Below are positions 28,340 through 38,900 of a stretch of DNA of 64,000 nt, piece after piece; the first letter of the stretch is position 1; each line of letters opens with the position of its first letter. The DNA is from a virus. The notes under the pieces are model-generated. The model was given only the letters and a program-made list of their open reading frames with translations. It did no database searches and had not been told where the DNA came from. Both the position numbers and the translations under genes were made by a program. Location: positions 32,001-96,000 of IMG/VR virus record IMGVR_UViG_3300005096_000058. One strand, 5' to 3'.

Positions 28340-28797
28340 TTTGAGTCTGCTTTCTTTGTCGACTCCGTGAACAGATCGCGGAGCTCGTTGACGCTCATGC
28401 CGTAAAGCGGGCCGCCTTCTTCGAAGTCTTCCGGGGTGTAACCCTGACCAATGAGCGCAGCCTGCATCTTGTCATAGGCAGCTTGCTCCTCGTCGACCAT
28501 TTTGGCCGTGTAATCTGGGCTCGCTGTTGCGCTCTTGACCATGTGGCCGTCCACCGTCTGGACAATCTCTGTGATCATGCGATCGAAACCGCGTTGGGCT
28601 CGGGCGCGCATTTTCGTGTGGAGGTCGCGAAGCGCCTGGTGCTTGAGGACGGGTTCGTGCGCGGGGGCCGTGGCCGCCTTCTGCAGCCGGTCAGCGAGCG
28701 CAGGAGCATCCTCCCCGAGCGCTTTGGCCATCGCGTCGAGCAACTCCGACCCACGCTCACGCAGCTCCTCAGGCGTAGCTTCCAGACGCAATTTCAC
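28336..28797 (-). CDS. Hypothetical head-associated protein
   Basis: GTG start overlapping the upstream stop; LQKA and MVKS sites. Confidence 0.6.
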   Translation of the reverse strand: MKLRLEATPEELRERGSELLDAMAKALGEDAPALADRLQKAATAPAHEPVLKHQALRDLHTKMRARAQRGFDRMITEIVQTVDGHMVKSATASPDYTAKMVDEEQAAYDKMQAALIGQGYTPEDFEEGGPLYGMSVNELRDLFTESTKKADSK

Positions 28798-29195
28798 GGC
28801 AGCGCGTCTCCCCACACAGCCCAGATGAGACGGAGGTCTGCGATCGGGGTGACGATCAAAGCGGAGACGTCGCATTCCATAAAAACTTTAGACTCAGCAA
28901 ACACGGCAGCGCTGGCCCCTGTTGCCCCGCGCCGCACCTGGAACGGGCCGGCGCCGTTGATCAACAGATCGAAGTCCCCTGTGGCGCGAAGGAAGAAACC
29001 TTTACCCACCGTCACCACTGCGCCAAACGGGACGGTGAACGCACCATCTGACGAGAGCAGATTTTTGGCGTCGCTGGTCTGTGAGGTGAACCCATCGAGG
29101 ATCGCCTCAGAGAGGGCATCGTCCAGACCCAGCAACACGTTCTTGCCGTCCGCGTCTTCGGTGATCTTGGGATTAACTGTGTGCCTGATACGCAT
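28794..29195 (-). CDS. Hypothetical virion protein
   Basis: 133 aa, AGGAGG RBS right after the portal stop. Confidence 0.65.
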   Translation of the reverse strand: MRIRHTVNPKITEDADGKNVLLGLDDALSEAILDGFTSQTSDAKNLLSSDGAFTVPFGAVVTVGKGFFLRATGDFDLLINGAGPFQVRRGATGASAAVFAESKVFMECDVSALIVTPIADLRLIWAVWGDALP

Positions 29196-29204
29196 GACGC
29201 CCTC

Positions 29205-32200
29205 CTATAGGTCGAGGTCGATGCTCACAATACCCGGCACCGCCGCTGGTGTCCCCTGCCCCCCCAAAGCCTGTGAGGACCAGCTGCCTTTGCCGAATGG
29301 ATTTCCTCCCCCAGACGAGCCCTTCTTGGCTTCCTCATCGGAGGTGGCAGCTGCGCCGTCCTCAGCATCTGCTGCGTTCTCGTTTTGGATGCCATCGAGT
29401 TCACCACCGAATGCGGCGTCCGTGCCGTCGTCCTCCGCAAAGTCTCCGGTGCCCATCTCCTGCTGCGCCGCCATCGTCTTGTTTTGCATCCAGACAGCGT
29501 GGAGAATGACTTGCCCCTCTCCGTCTGGAAGCGGCGGGAGATCTTCCTCGGCACGCACCTCGTCGACCATCTTGTACGATGTCACCTGCTTTGTATTGAG
29601 GTCAGCGAGCTCGTCTGGGGTTTGCGCGTCCAGACCGACAAAAGCGAATTCGAAATCTTCGTCGATGCGGTGAACGAGGAAGGAGGACAACCGGTGCTGG
29701 ATAAATCGGAGAAGGGGCTGCAGCCCTTTGTCTTTGGACTGCGCCAGCTTTTGCTTGTTGCTCGACTCAAACATCGAGCCGCCGCTGCCCCCGCTGTCCC
29801 CATATTTGAAGTTGATCTCCATCGGATCCATGCCGTAGATCGCGCACGCCACCTTGATCAGGAAATCAAACCACGCGCTGAATTCCATGTCGCGGTTGGA
29901 TTGCTGCAGGTTGATGTATTGGAGCTCCTCCGCATTTGTGATCGGAGTTTTGAATGCGTTCTCGACGCCAGCGACCATCGAATACCAATGACGGCGAAAA
30001 GCGCGCAGCTGTTTCTCAGGCACGGCACCTTTGAAGTTGATGATGCCTTTGGTCGACGTGCCTTGGCTGTTGTGCACGGCCATGTGGTTGAGCACGAACA
30101 GGTGCTCGTCGTTGAAAACCTCGACATCGAACATCTCACGATCTTCGTCGGCGTGACCAACAACCTCAACCGGCACCTGTAGGTAGCGCAGCCACGCGGG
30201 CTCCTCAGCACCGAGGCGTTGCAGAAGGTGGATTGCGTAGGCGCGGCTCATCGTCACGCGTCCCCCCGACGCTTTGCGGGCCATGTCGCGCTCCGCAACA
30301 GAGAGGGACTTGTAGTTGTCGTGCTTCCAGACGTGCGTACCAAGGTTGCGGCTCAAGTGCGGGTGCAACCGGTCCCAGCGATCGCGCTGAGCAGGACTGC
30401 GTTCAATCCCCTCGTTTTTGTACGCCTGCAAATAACCCACGGACGACGTGAAAGAGGCGATGTCCTGCACGGTGATGGTACCGTGTCGGCTCGCAGCTGT
30501 GCCTCCACCCACAAGGTTTGAAGCCACGCCCACCGACCACAAACACTTGAGGATGTCCTGCGCCAGAGCCGGATCGGAGGAATGCACGCTTGGGGTACGG
30601 TAACCTGTGGCGTGTGTGGCGGTGCAGCCATCAGCACTGAAGATGCCGCGGAGCAAAGCGGCACGGATGTGCGCTGGCTGGCGGTAGACACTTTCAGGGA
30701 TGCGCTTACCCTCACGAGACGGGCGGAAACCAATGTCACGCAGCCAGCGGTGGAACGCTGTGTGGCATATTTGCAACGCTGGGTAACCAAACTCGCCATC
30801 GCTACGCTCGATGGTTTTGTTGATCACACGGTCGGTGCAATGAATACCATGCCTCACGCAAACAGCCTTAAACCGTTCGAAGAGATCAGCATCACGAGAA
30901 TAGTGCGGGAAGACTTGCAACCAGCTGGGGGTGTCTCGCCCTTCATCGGGGAAGTACCCATCACCTAGCGCGAAGCCCATGAACTCCCAAAATTCAGGGT
31001 CCTCAATGAGCGCTTTCGTGGGGCGGAAGTCGCGTCCTGTTTTTCGATCGGTGTCGTAAACGCGGTCGACGAGGAGGGTCTCATAATCGAATTCAGGGTC
31101 GGAGCGCTCATAGCTGACCAAGGCGAAATCGCCGGCCTGCAAGTCTTCTTGGCGGACCCATTCGGGATCACCATCACGGGAGCTCGCTGGGATCACGCGG
31201 TACCTATGGTCGGGACTGGTGGTGAGCTCCAGCCCATTCCACAATGTGGTGACCGCGGTGACCTTCTTGCCTGTGGGGAAAGCGCGCGCCTCCCCCCAAG
31301 TGCCTGGGCCAGTGCTGGCCACGAAGTTTTTTCCAGACAGATCCCTCAAAGGGATCAACCCTTCTGATGTGGTCACCAGCCCGTCGCCATCCGCACAAAA
31401 GAATTTCTGATTATAGTCCCATGACCAAAGTAACGACGTCACCGTCGAGATCAACATCTCTGTTTCGGCAATCCCGTACCCTTGGTTTCGGATGTCCGTG
31501 ACCGGATTGCGAACACCAAAACACATCTGATCAGCGCCATATTCGGCTGTGACCAGGCCGTCGTAGATCTGGACGTAGCGGGTCTCTTCGGGTGTGCCTT
31601 GGTAGTAAAGCTTGGTTGTGTCCGCGATGCGCAGCGTGGCGCCGTCAACGGCGTAGAAGTCGTAAGGCTTGTCACCACGATCTTCCCGCACCTCGAAACC
31701 CAGTTGGTCATAGGTCAATGCGTCGCGCACGATCTTGCGCAAGAACGTCTCAAAATTGTCGCGAGCATTGGGTGTGCCGCGGTCGTTGACCTTGCCCGTT
31801 GTCATCACCCAGTTGGTGATCTCTTTGCTCTTCTTTTCGCTGGCCTTAGAGGGGGAAGCCTTGCGATCACGCAACTGGATGCGAAAGCCTGTCTGGAACT
31901 TGTCCTCCTGCGGCAGACTGAAATTGGCCATCTGGTCGGTGCGCGTCTTGATGATCGCCTGGATGATCGGCATGCGGAAGACCATCGCCGACAACGTCGA
32001 GTAACTGATTGAGCTTGGCCGCTCTTTGTATCCGAGCGCGTCAATGACTGAGAACGGATCCCAGAACAAGGCTTTGGGATCGCTGACCGGATCACCAATT
32101 TCTGACGGGTGTGGACCGGCCGTTGCGGGCGTGTCCGTAGTGGGTTGTGCGCCGTCGTCACCCTCATCCTGCGCCTTGGACAGCACATCGAGAGCCGCCG

Positions 32201-32246
32201 TAGAGGCGGCTCCCGCTGCTTCCCTCACTGTGTCGAAGAGCCCCAC
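29205..32246 (-). CDS. Portal protein (intein-containing precursor, about 570 aa after splicing)
   Basis: FLRKIVRDALTYDQ, AVDGATLRI, DMEFSAW, SKDKGLQPLL and EVRAEEDLPPL portal motifs. Confidence 0.92.
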   Translation of the reverse strand: MGLFDTVREAAGAASTAALDVLSKAQDEGDDGAQPTTDTPATAGPHPSEIGDPVSDPKALFWDPFSVIDALGYKERPSSISYSTLSAMVFRMPIIQAIIKTRTDQMANFSLPQEDKFQTGFRIQLRDRKASPSKASEKKSKEITNWVMTTGKVNDRGTPNARDNFETFLRKIVRDALTYDQLGFEVREDRGDKPYDFYAVDGATLRIADTTKLYYQGTPEETRYVQIYDGLVTAEYGADQMCFGVRNPVTDIRNQGYGIAETEMLISTVTSLLWSWDYNQKFFCADGDGLVTTSEGLIPLRDLSGKNFVASTGPGTWGEARAFPTGKKVTAVTTLWNGLELTTSPDHRYRVIPASSRDGDPEWVRQEDLQAGDFALVSYERSDPEFDYETLLVDRVYDTDRKTGRDFRPTKALIEDPEFWEFMGFALGDGYFPDEGRDTPSWLQVFPHYSRDADLFERFKAVCVRHGIHCTDRVINKTIERSDGEFGYPALQICHTAFHRWLRDIGFRPSREGKRIPESVYRQPAHIRAALLRGIFSADGCTATHATGYRTPSVHSSDPALAQDILKCLWSVGVASNLVGGGTAASRHGTITVQDIASFTSSVGYLQAYKNEGIERSPAQRDRWDRLHPHLSRNLGTHVWKHDNYKSLSVAERDMARKASGGRVTMSRAYAIHLLQRLGAEEPAWLRYLQVPVEVVGHADEDREMFDVEVFNDEHLFVLNHMAVHNSQGTSTKGIINFKGAVPEKQLRAFRRHWYSMVAGVENAFKTPITNAEELQYINLQQSNRDMEFSAWFDFLIKVACAIYGMDPMEINFKYGDSGGSGGSMFESSNKQKLAQSKDKGLQPLLRFIQHRLSSFLVHRIDEDFEFAFVGLDAQTPDELADLNTKQVTSYKMVDEVRAEEDLPPLPDGEGQVILHAVWMQNKTMAAQQEMGTGDFAEDDGTDAAFGGELDGIQNENAADAEDGAAATSDEEAKKGSSGGGNPFGKGSWSSQALGGQGTPAAVPGIVSIDLDL
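30069..31397 (-). mobile_element. Intein with LAGLIDADG homing endonuclease in the portal (443 aa)
   Basis: QKFF|CADGDG...TTSPDH...MGFALGDG...LRGIFSADG...MFDVEV...AVHN|SQG. Confidence 0.92.
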
Positions 32247-32254
32247 AAGGCCGC

Positions 32255-34789
32255 CTAGTCGTCGAAGGTGAGCCCACCGGGCGCGAGAAGGTCACGACCT
32301 GGTACGGGGCGGCGCAGGCCGGGGCCCTTGCTGTGCGTCTGCGGAATGTCAGCTTGGGCCTCTGCGGTAAAGCCCTTCTGGAGGGAGCCGCCCATGCGAT
32401 CCACGCCGCACGCGGGACATTTGGTGAGCGCCTTCATCACGCGCGTGCCGCACGCGGGGCACGCAAGACTCTTGGTGAGGTCGTTCCCCATATCGAAGCC
32501 AGGTTGGCGGCCGTGATACCCGAAGTTGTCTTCGCTGCTCTTGAGCAGCGCGACACAAGCCCGATCAGAAATGTCCGTCATGATGATCCCACCCTTCATC
32601 ATGACCCGCACCGGTTGGCTCTGCAGCGGAGCTTCTTGCCCAACACTTTCCCGGACACCGAGGCCCATGACGATGTCGTCTCCACCCTTGCGCAGCGCGC
32701 TCACAGCTGCAGCATGGGATCGCTGCTCTGAGATCGTCTCTTGATCTGCGTGCAGAGGCATGCCGGTTTGCGCATCGATCTCAGCTTTGCTGAACAGCTT
32801 GGAGGAACTTTCGTTCTGATGCAGGCCAGGGGCGCCAGTTTGTGGGTTACTTCCAGACGGAGCTCCGGGGCTGGCTCCAGACGCGCCACCTTGAGGGTCG
32901 TGCGTGCTGGCGCGCATGGATTGTTGGTTGCCGGTGTGGTTGGAGCCATAGGCAGGTCCGCCTTGGCTGCGCTTCTCGCCGATGCCAGCGGCTCCCGTTT
33001 GGGGATTGCTTCCAGACGCCGCTGCGGAGCTCGGTGCTCCAGGCATGGGCGCGGTGGCGTCGCCGTAAGCATTACCGCCTTGGCTCGCTGCGGAGCGCTG
33101 AGCACCCTGCGCTCCGTAGGCGCCAGCGGGCGCGCCGGGCATGGAGATCATCCCCAGTTTCGACTTCATTTTGTCGGTGTCGTTGGGGTCGTCGGGGGTG
33201 AACTGGTCGGTCTTGCCCGCACCGGTCATCTTTGTCGTGGATTGCATGTTCGCCATTCCTCCATCGGATTTTCCAGACGTGGCACCGACACCGTCCAGCT
33301 TACCACCATCTTCGCCACGGCTCACTCCGACGTTTCCGGTGTAGCCGTTGCGCTCATCCAAGCCACCACGCACTCCCTTGGGGAGGGGTTTGCCCGCAGT
33401 GCCGCCGCCGTAGTTGCCGGTGCCGGGACCAACAGCCTTACTGAGCCAGTTGTGCGGATCGCTGAGCCAATCCCCAAGCGCGCCGTCACCAGCGAAACTT
33501 TTGGACATAGATGGTCCATGCAGCTCTTTCAGCGATTTGCCTTTGTGTTTCTTTGGCACGCGGTCGTCGTGCTCGCCGGACATGGCTTCGTCGTGGAATT
33601 GGTCAGCCATCACTTTGGCAGCGGCTTGTCTAGTCGGCACATCATGCGCGGGAGCTCCGCCTGACATCTTTTTCGAAGAGGCGGTGGTGAGGTGCGTGAA
33701 GAGTTTGGTGGCTTGTGCGTGGTCGTACTTGCCCGCTGCCATTTTGCGCGCGAGGTTGTCACGGATGGGTTCGTGTTGTTGCTGGTGGAGATCGCCGTCG
33801 TTCTCGGTGGTGAGCACGAGATCGCGGGCACCCTCAGGGTCGTGCTTCTTCGCCGTTGGGGCATTTTTGCCTGCGTGCTTCTTGTCGTTCCACGGGATCT
33901 TGTGCGCGGCGTCGGCCCACTTGCCGCCGCGGACACCGATGAACGGGCCGCCCGCCTTGCTGATCTCCGATTTCTTGAGGGGACTACCGCCCGCTTTTTT
34001 GCTGTGGTGTTGGGCTGATCGCAACTGGAAGTTGGCAGCCTCTTCGTGCTCGCTATCCCCACTTTCTTTGTGCGCCTGTGTGTACGCTTCTGATGCGTTC
34101 GCATGGTGCTCAGCCATTTTGGCGTGCATCTCTTTCTTCGCTTTACCCCGCAAACTTTGACTGCGCATAGATAGGTTCGCCGCCTGTTGCGCGTGCTGCT
34201 TGGCCTGCTCATAGATCGGTTTTCCAGACGCAGAATGACCTACAACGTTGCCTCCACGGGTTCCTTCACCCTCCCCCTTCTCGACGAGGTCATCGTAGCT
34301 TTTGGAGAATGTGTCCTCAGCAGCAAGGTCGAGAATGTCGTCCTCTCCACGATCGGAAAGCCAAGCGTTCAAACCGCCCTTGTTCATGTCCGAATAGTCG
34401 TCCATGTTCTTCGCCATGGGTGGCCCCTCATTCGCTTCCGACCCCTCTTCTTTCGCGGCCTCAGCTTCAGACTCGTCGGGCTCGTCATCGGAACCACCTT
34501 CGGCGGTGACATCGACCTGCTCAGCGGGCTTGTCGGTGCCGGCCTTGCTCAGCTGGGCTGAGCGGGAGTCATGCCATTCGTGCCGGGACTGGTGCCCAGA
34601 CGTCTGGGGATCGTCGACGAGGCCCATCTGGAGTTCATCAAGCTGACCGGTGCTCTTCGCCAATTCGCGGGACGCGTCGCGGGCGAGTGCATGGGCGGCC
34701 GACGCGCTCTTGTGTAACGCGGGCGTGTTCTCCTTCTCGGCCTGGGTGGAGGCATCAAAGGCAGCTTTTGCGAGGTCGTTGTAATTCAT
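32255..34789 (-). CDS. Putative internal head polyprotein with about 19 xxK[A/S/G] sites and a C-terminal zinc ribbon
   Basis: 844 aa, low complexity; CPACG..CPACG; lies between terminase and portal. Confidence 0.65.
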   Translation of the reverse strand: MNYNDLAKAAFDASTQAEKENTPALHKSASAAHALARDASRELAKSTGQLDELQMGLVDDPQTSGHQSRHEWHDSRSAQLSKAGTDKPAEQVDVTAEGGSDDEPDESEAEAAKEEGSEANEGPPMAKNMDDYSDMNKGGLNAWLSDRGEDDILDLAAEDTFSKSYDDLVEKGEGEGTRGGNVVGHSASGKPIYEQAKQHAQQAANLSMRSQSLRGKAKKEMHAKMAEHHANASEAYTQAHKESGDSEHEEAANFQLRSAQHHSKKAGGSPLKKSEISKAGGPFIGVRGGKWADAAHKIPWNDKKHAGKNAPTAKKHDPEGARDLVLTTENDGDLHQQQHEPIRDNLARKMAAGKYDHAQATKLFTHLTTASSKKMSGGAPAHDVPTRQAAAKVMADQFHDEAMSGEHDDRVPKKHKGKSLKELHGPSMSKSFAGDGALGDWLSDPHNWLSKAVGPGTGNYGGGTAGKPLPKGVRGGLDERNGYTGNVGVSRGEDGGKLDGVGATSGKSDGGMANMQSTTKMTGAGKTDQFTPDDPNDTDKMKSKLGMISMPGAPAGAYGAQGAQRSAASQGGNAYGDATAPMPGAPSSAAASGSNPQTGAAGIGEKRSQGGPAYGSNHTGNQQSMRASTHDPQGGASGASPGAPSGSNPQTGAPGLHQNESSSKLFSKAEIDAQTGMPLHADQETISEQRSHAAAVSALRKGGDDIVMGLGVRESVGQEAPLQSQPVRVMMKGGIIMTDISDRACVALLKSSEDNFGYHGRQPGFDMGNDLTKSLACPACGTRVMKALTKCPACGVDRMGGSLQKGFTAEAQADIPQTHSKGPGLRRPVPGRDLLAPGGLTFDD

Positions 34790-34826
34790 GTCCAGAACCC
34801 TAACTGATAGATCTGCGTGAGTCTTC

Positions 34827-35891
34827 TCACGCTTTGGAAGGAGCGAGTTTGCCCGCCGTGTGTACGAGCTCGCCGGCCTTCACGGAGTCACGGATCGCGT
34901 CTTTGACGAGTTCATCGTCGTAGCCCCCGTAGCCCTTGAGATCATCGAGGGTGCATCCCTTGCCCACGCGTTTGGCTAAGCCCTCCCGGCATTTGCGCTT
35001 GAGGACGTCCCGTCCAGACACGTGCGCACCGTCTTGTTTTGCGTAGTCGTCTTCGTTGTAGAAATAGCGGTGCTTGCCCGTTTCTTTGTCGGTGACACGG
35101 CGGTGGTAGCTGCCCCCACGGGGTGAAGCCTTGCGCATTGACTCGTCAAAATCTGGATGTGAGTCGTCGCCGTCATTGTCCCACGCTTGTTGCGCCATCG
35201 CTCGGCCCGCCGCATCCATTGCGAGGCAATAGCGCACCCCTTGGTCAGCCTTGCGTAAACCGATTAGGCGGCGTTGCAAACGCTCGGCCTCATTCTGGTT
35301 GTTGCCGTGGTCTTGGTAATACCGGGAGGCACGTTGCACCACGGCACGACGCTGCACGCTGTCCAGCTGCATGTACTGCAGCTTGTGGTTCAGTGAGGTG
35401 CGGTAGTTCACCTCGGGGTGATCCATGTTGGCTTGTACCAGCGCCTGAATTTCGTGCTCCTGCCCTTGCGAAAGGGCAAGTCCGCGGGTGATCCCTGCGG
35501 GGGTGAGCACCGGCTCGGTGAAGGCCAAAAGCTTGGCCACCGTGCGCCCGCCTTTTGGCATTGCCGTGAGCGAGCTCGGGATGCTCATACGTGGAATTTG
35601 GCCTGCGATGATGCCTGTGGCTTTACTGAGTCCACCGTTACCTTCGGTCATGGTCAGACGGTCATACTTCACGTCGACAGTCAAACCACTAGCGTCGTCG
35701 CTGCCCGCCATGGGCTGATTGTCCTCAACGAGGACGTGGAAGCACGCGCCCTTGGTGGTCTTGCTTGTAAAACCACCGCCCATCGTCTGGTAAATTCCAG
35801 ACACATAGGCGTAGTTTTCGCCTTGCCCTTGTTTGGCGGCCTGCTCTTTGGCGCGGGCCCATTTGTCGTGGTCGGTGACGTTTGCCGGCAT
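34827..35891 (-). CDS. Putative internal head protein
   Basis: 354 aa; LSKA, LRKA, MRKA sites and SPRGG motif. Confidence 0.6.
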   Translation of the reverse strand: MPANVTDHDKWARAKEQAAKQGQGENYAYVSGIYQTMGGGFTSKTTKGACFHVLVEDNQPMAGSDDASGLTVDVKYDRLTMTEGNGGLSKATGIIAGQIPRMSIPSSLTAMPKGGRTVAKLLAFTEPVLTPAGITRGLALSQGQEHEIQALVQANMDHPEVNYRTSLNHKLQYMQLDSVQRRAVVQRASRYYQDHGNNQNEAERLQRRLIGLRKADQGVRYCLAMDAAGRAMAQQAWDNDGDDSHPDFDESMRKASPRGGSYHRRVTDKETGKHRYFYNEDDYAKQDGAHVSGRDVLKRKCREGLAKRVGKGCTLDDLKGYGGYDDELVKDAIRDSVKAGELVHTAGKLAPSKA

Positions 35892-35940
35892 TTAGGACCC
35901 TCTTCGAGTGCTCAGTGTGGCCTGCGTGAATGCCTGACGT

Positions 35941-38900
35941 CTACCACTCGAAATCCTTGTTGCCGAGTCCAGGTAGATGCCTCCACGCCAGCTCGTCTGG
36001 ATGGAGGAGTTCATCAGGGACCAAAGCGGCTTCACTCGCTGAACGTGTGGCCTTGGGTCCTACGAGGTTTTCCACTGTGAGGTTGGCTTGCAGGAACTCC
36101 TTGATCGCGTCTTTGGGCGCGTCCTCCAGCTCTACGTCGCCTCCCCAATCTTTGAGCAAGTCCCCCACGGGGTCGTTACCCAACGCCGCGCTGTCCGGTT
36201 CAGCCATTTGCTGCTCAAGAAGTTCGTCCAGACTGAGGTCATCGTCGTCACCGAAAGAAAAGCCGAAGGCGCCAGCGCGCACAGCGCAGTTGGCAATCCA
36301 GAACGCCATCACGGTGTCATCGTGCGAACCCACCCCCTGGAGCTTGCCCTCCAGCCAAGTGAAGTGACGCATCTCCTTGATCCACTCGTCACCCTTTTCG
36401 ACGCTTTCGCGATCGCCGCGGGGGATGCGCACCTTGGCGTTTTCGAGGAGCACGCGCAGCTGGGGCACTCCACCTTCCAAGGTGTTCTTGTTCATGGTGT
36501 GCGTGTTGCCTGTGGGCTGGCTGTTGTTGTTCTTCTTGGTTCCAGACGTCACGAACTTGAAGATCGGCAGATCGGTTTCGCGGATGAGCTCGTCACCAAA
36601 GATCCGCTGCATCTGGTTCGACTCCAGATAGATGAGATCAGCGTCGTACTTTTGGCCAAGAGCGTTGATCAGCCCCTTTTGTTGGTTGTAGGCCAGGCCG
36701 TGGTGACGCTGGATGTCGATCACCCAGCGGTTGCGAAACTGGTCAACGCCAAGCACGAACCCGACGGTGTAATCGGCGCCCGTCGAGGTGGAGATTGCGA
36801 AGTCGAACCCGATGTAGAAACTCGTGATGCCGAGCTCTTCGTAATAGGCACGAGGCTGGCCCATCTTCACGCCGATTTGCTCGACGGGAGCCCCCTGGAA
36901 CAGCTTGCCGGGGAACAGGCTCATCTCATCGCTGATTGGCTCGCACATGAACTCGCGCGTGAAGCGCACGCTCTTGATCTCGATCTCACGCTCTTCCAGC
37001 GATTCGACGACGATGCCTTGTTCCAGATAGCGAAGACGTTCAGCTTTGGTCGCGCAGAAGCGCTCGGGCCACAAGGCTTTGCCTTCCGCATCACGGGCGG
37101 CATATTTACGGTAGCAATAACGTTTGTTCGTCGACAGGTCCGCGTAGAGGTCAGCCGCATGGAATGGCGTGCCGACGACGATGACCTGGCCACCGGGGTT
37201 CACCATGTTGGTGATCGCCGTGTAGAAATAGTCGATGTGCTTGGTGCGCACGAGCTCGGAGTACGCGTCCTCGTCGTTCAGCCCGTCGTCGACAACAATC
37301 CAATCCGGGTGGGCGCCGCGAATCTTGGTGCCGTAGCCTCGTGCATAGATTTTGTGACCGTTGGCCAACGTGATTTGCGTCTTGCTCCAGTTGCGCGCTT
37401 TGTTCTTTGGGTTGAGAAATGCGAGCTTCGGGTTGGACTCAATCTCCTCCTTGATGTCCTCCAAAATGCGCACGGCCTGGTCTTGGGTCGCCGAGAAAAT
37501 GTAGCCGCGGCCCCCGGGCAGGTACGCTGCTTTCCAGATGGGGTAGGCGAAATCAAAATAAAACGTGTTGTGGTTGATGACGTCGTCGGAGACGTAGTTC
37601 ACCAAACCAGGGACGTGCATCGACCAAGTTTCTTGCTCCCCAATATCCTCGATAGCGATGATCTCATCCCAAAGCACATCTGCGTCAGCAAGAGCCAACA
37701 GCTCGCTGTTGTTTTCCGCAACTGCGATCGCACGCAGCTTGGCTCGCGTCGGTTCGTACTGTGGGGTGGGGCGGGGATGTCCGCGGTCCCGAAACCAAGT
37801 CTCAGAATGTTCGACCTGCTCCCACACATCCCGAGGAAAGCGATCAATGGCTGGGCCATGTGGGGGATCTTTGGCCTCCTGCATCTGGACCAGGGCCGCC
37901 AATTGCGTTGCCTTGCCCCCTCGCAAACTAATCTGCGCGGCAAGGCGCAAGACGTCTTGCCCCCTGACTGTGAGACGCCACGACCAATGATCTTTCGCGA
38001 GGTATTTGCCCTTTTTACGGCCCAGCACAGCCACCACGCCTAAGCGCACAAGGAGGTGTTGCACGTCTCGTAGGAGTTGCTCCGAGACAGAATAAAACTC
38101 GACTGCGCCGCCCCCAGACAAGGCACAAGTACCATCGGCTTCCAGATACCCCGCAAGGAATTCAGCGATCGACGTGTCCGAGGCTGTGAACAACTCTTTA
38201 GGCACGCGCTTTTCATGCGCTGTGTGCCCCATGAGGCCAAGCGCTCGCATACGCTGCACGGGGCCACCCTCGCGAGCATAGTTGGCGTGCAGTCCATAAG
38301 TGATCGGGTCCGCGGGCCTGCGGGTGAGCCCCCACCCCAACCGAGCCGCTTCCTGTTTGACTGCCCCCAACGTAACGGCATCGGCCACGGTGATCGTGAC
38401 CCCGGTTCCGGTAAGGCCGCCATCGCCAATCAACATCCCTAGAAGCCAAGCGTCATCCACCGTTTTGCTGGCGCTCGTTTGTAGCCTGCGGGGGACACCG
38501 ATGCGCTGGCCCACCACCAGTTGATCAGCACGGAGCCAACGATCCAGCAACCTCAACGGATGATTTTCCGTGACGCGTACGCGGCGGCCCGTCTTCGTGG
38601 TGATCTCTAGGCAGCGCTTGTGCCCGTTGCGCCGGGACGCGGGCGCATAGGTGGGCACGAGTTTGTGCGTGTCCTCGTCGTAAGCGATCACCTCGCCGCC
38701 TGACCAAGACTCGATCGGGATGCGGCGGCCATCAGCCGCATTTATGAGCGCACCCTCAACCTGGCACTTCCCATGATTCCGGGGGGCTAGCACGCAAATG
38801 CGATCCTGCTCCGCGACGAGATCATCCCATTCCATGTGATGATCTGCGACGACAAAATGGCCGTTGTAGGGAGCTTGTATTGGTCCAGACAGGAACTCAC

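Noticed and set aside
36088-38043. 651-aa plus-strand ORF (also 28483..29673, 2218..3216, 19394..20317, 32741..33664)
   Set aside because: Antisense shadows of well-supported minus-strand genes in GC-rich DNA; no recognisable motifs.
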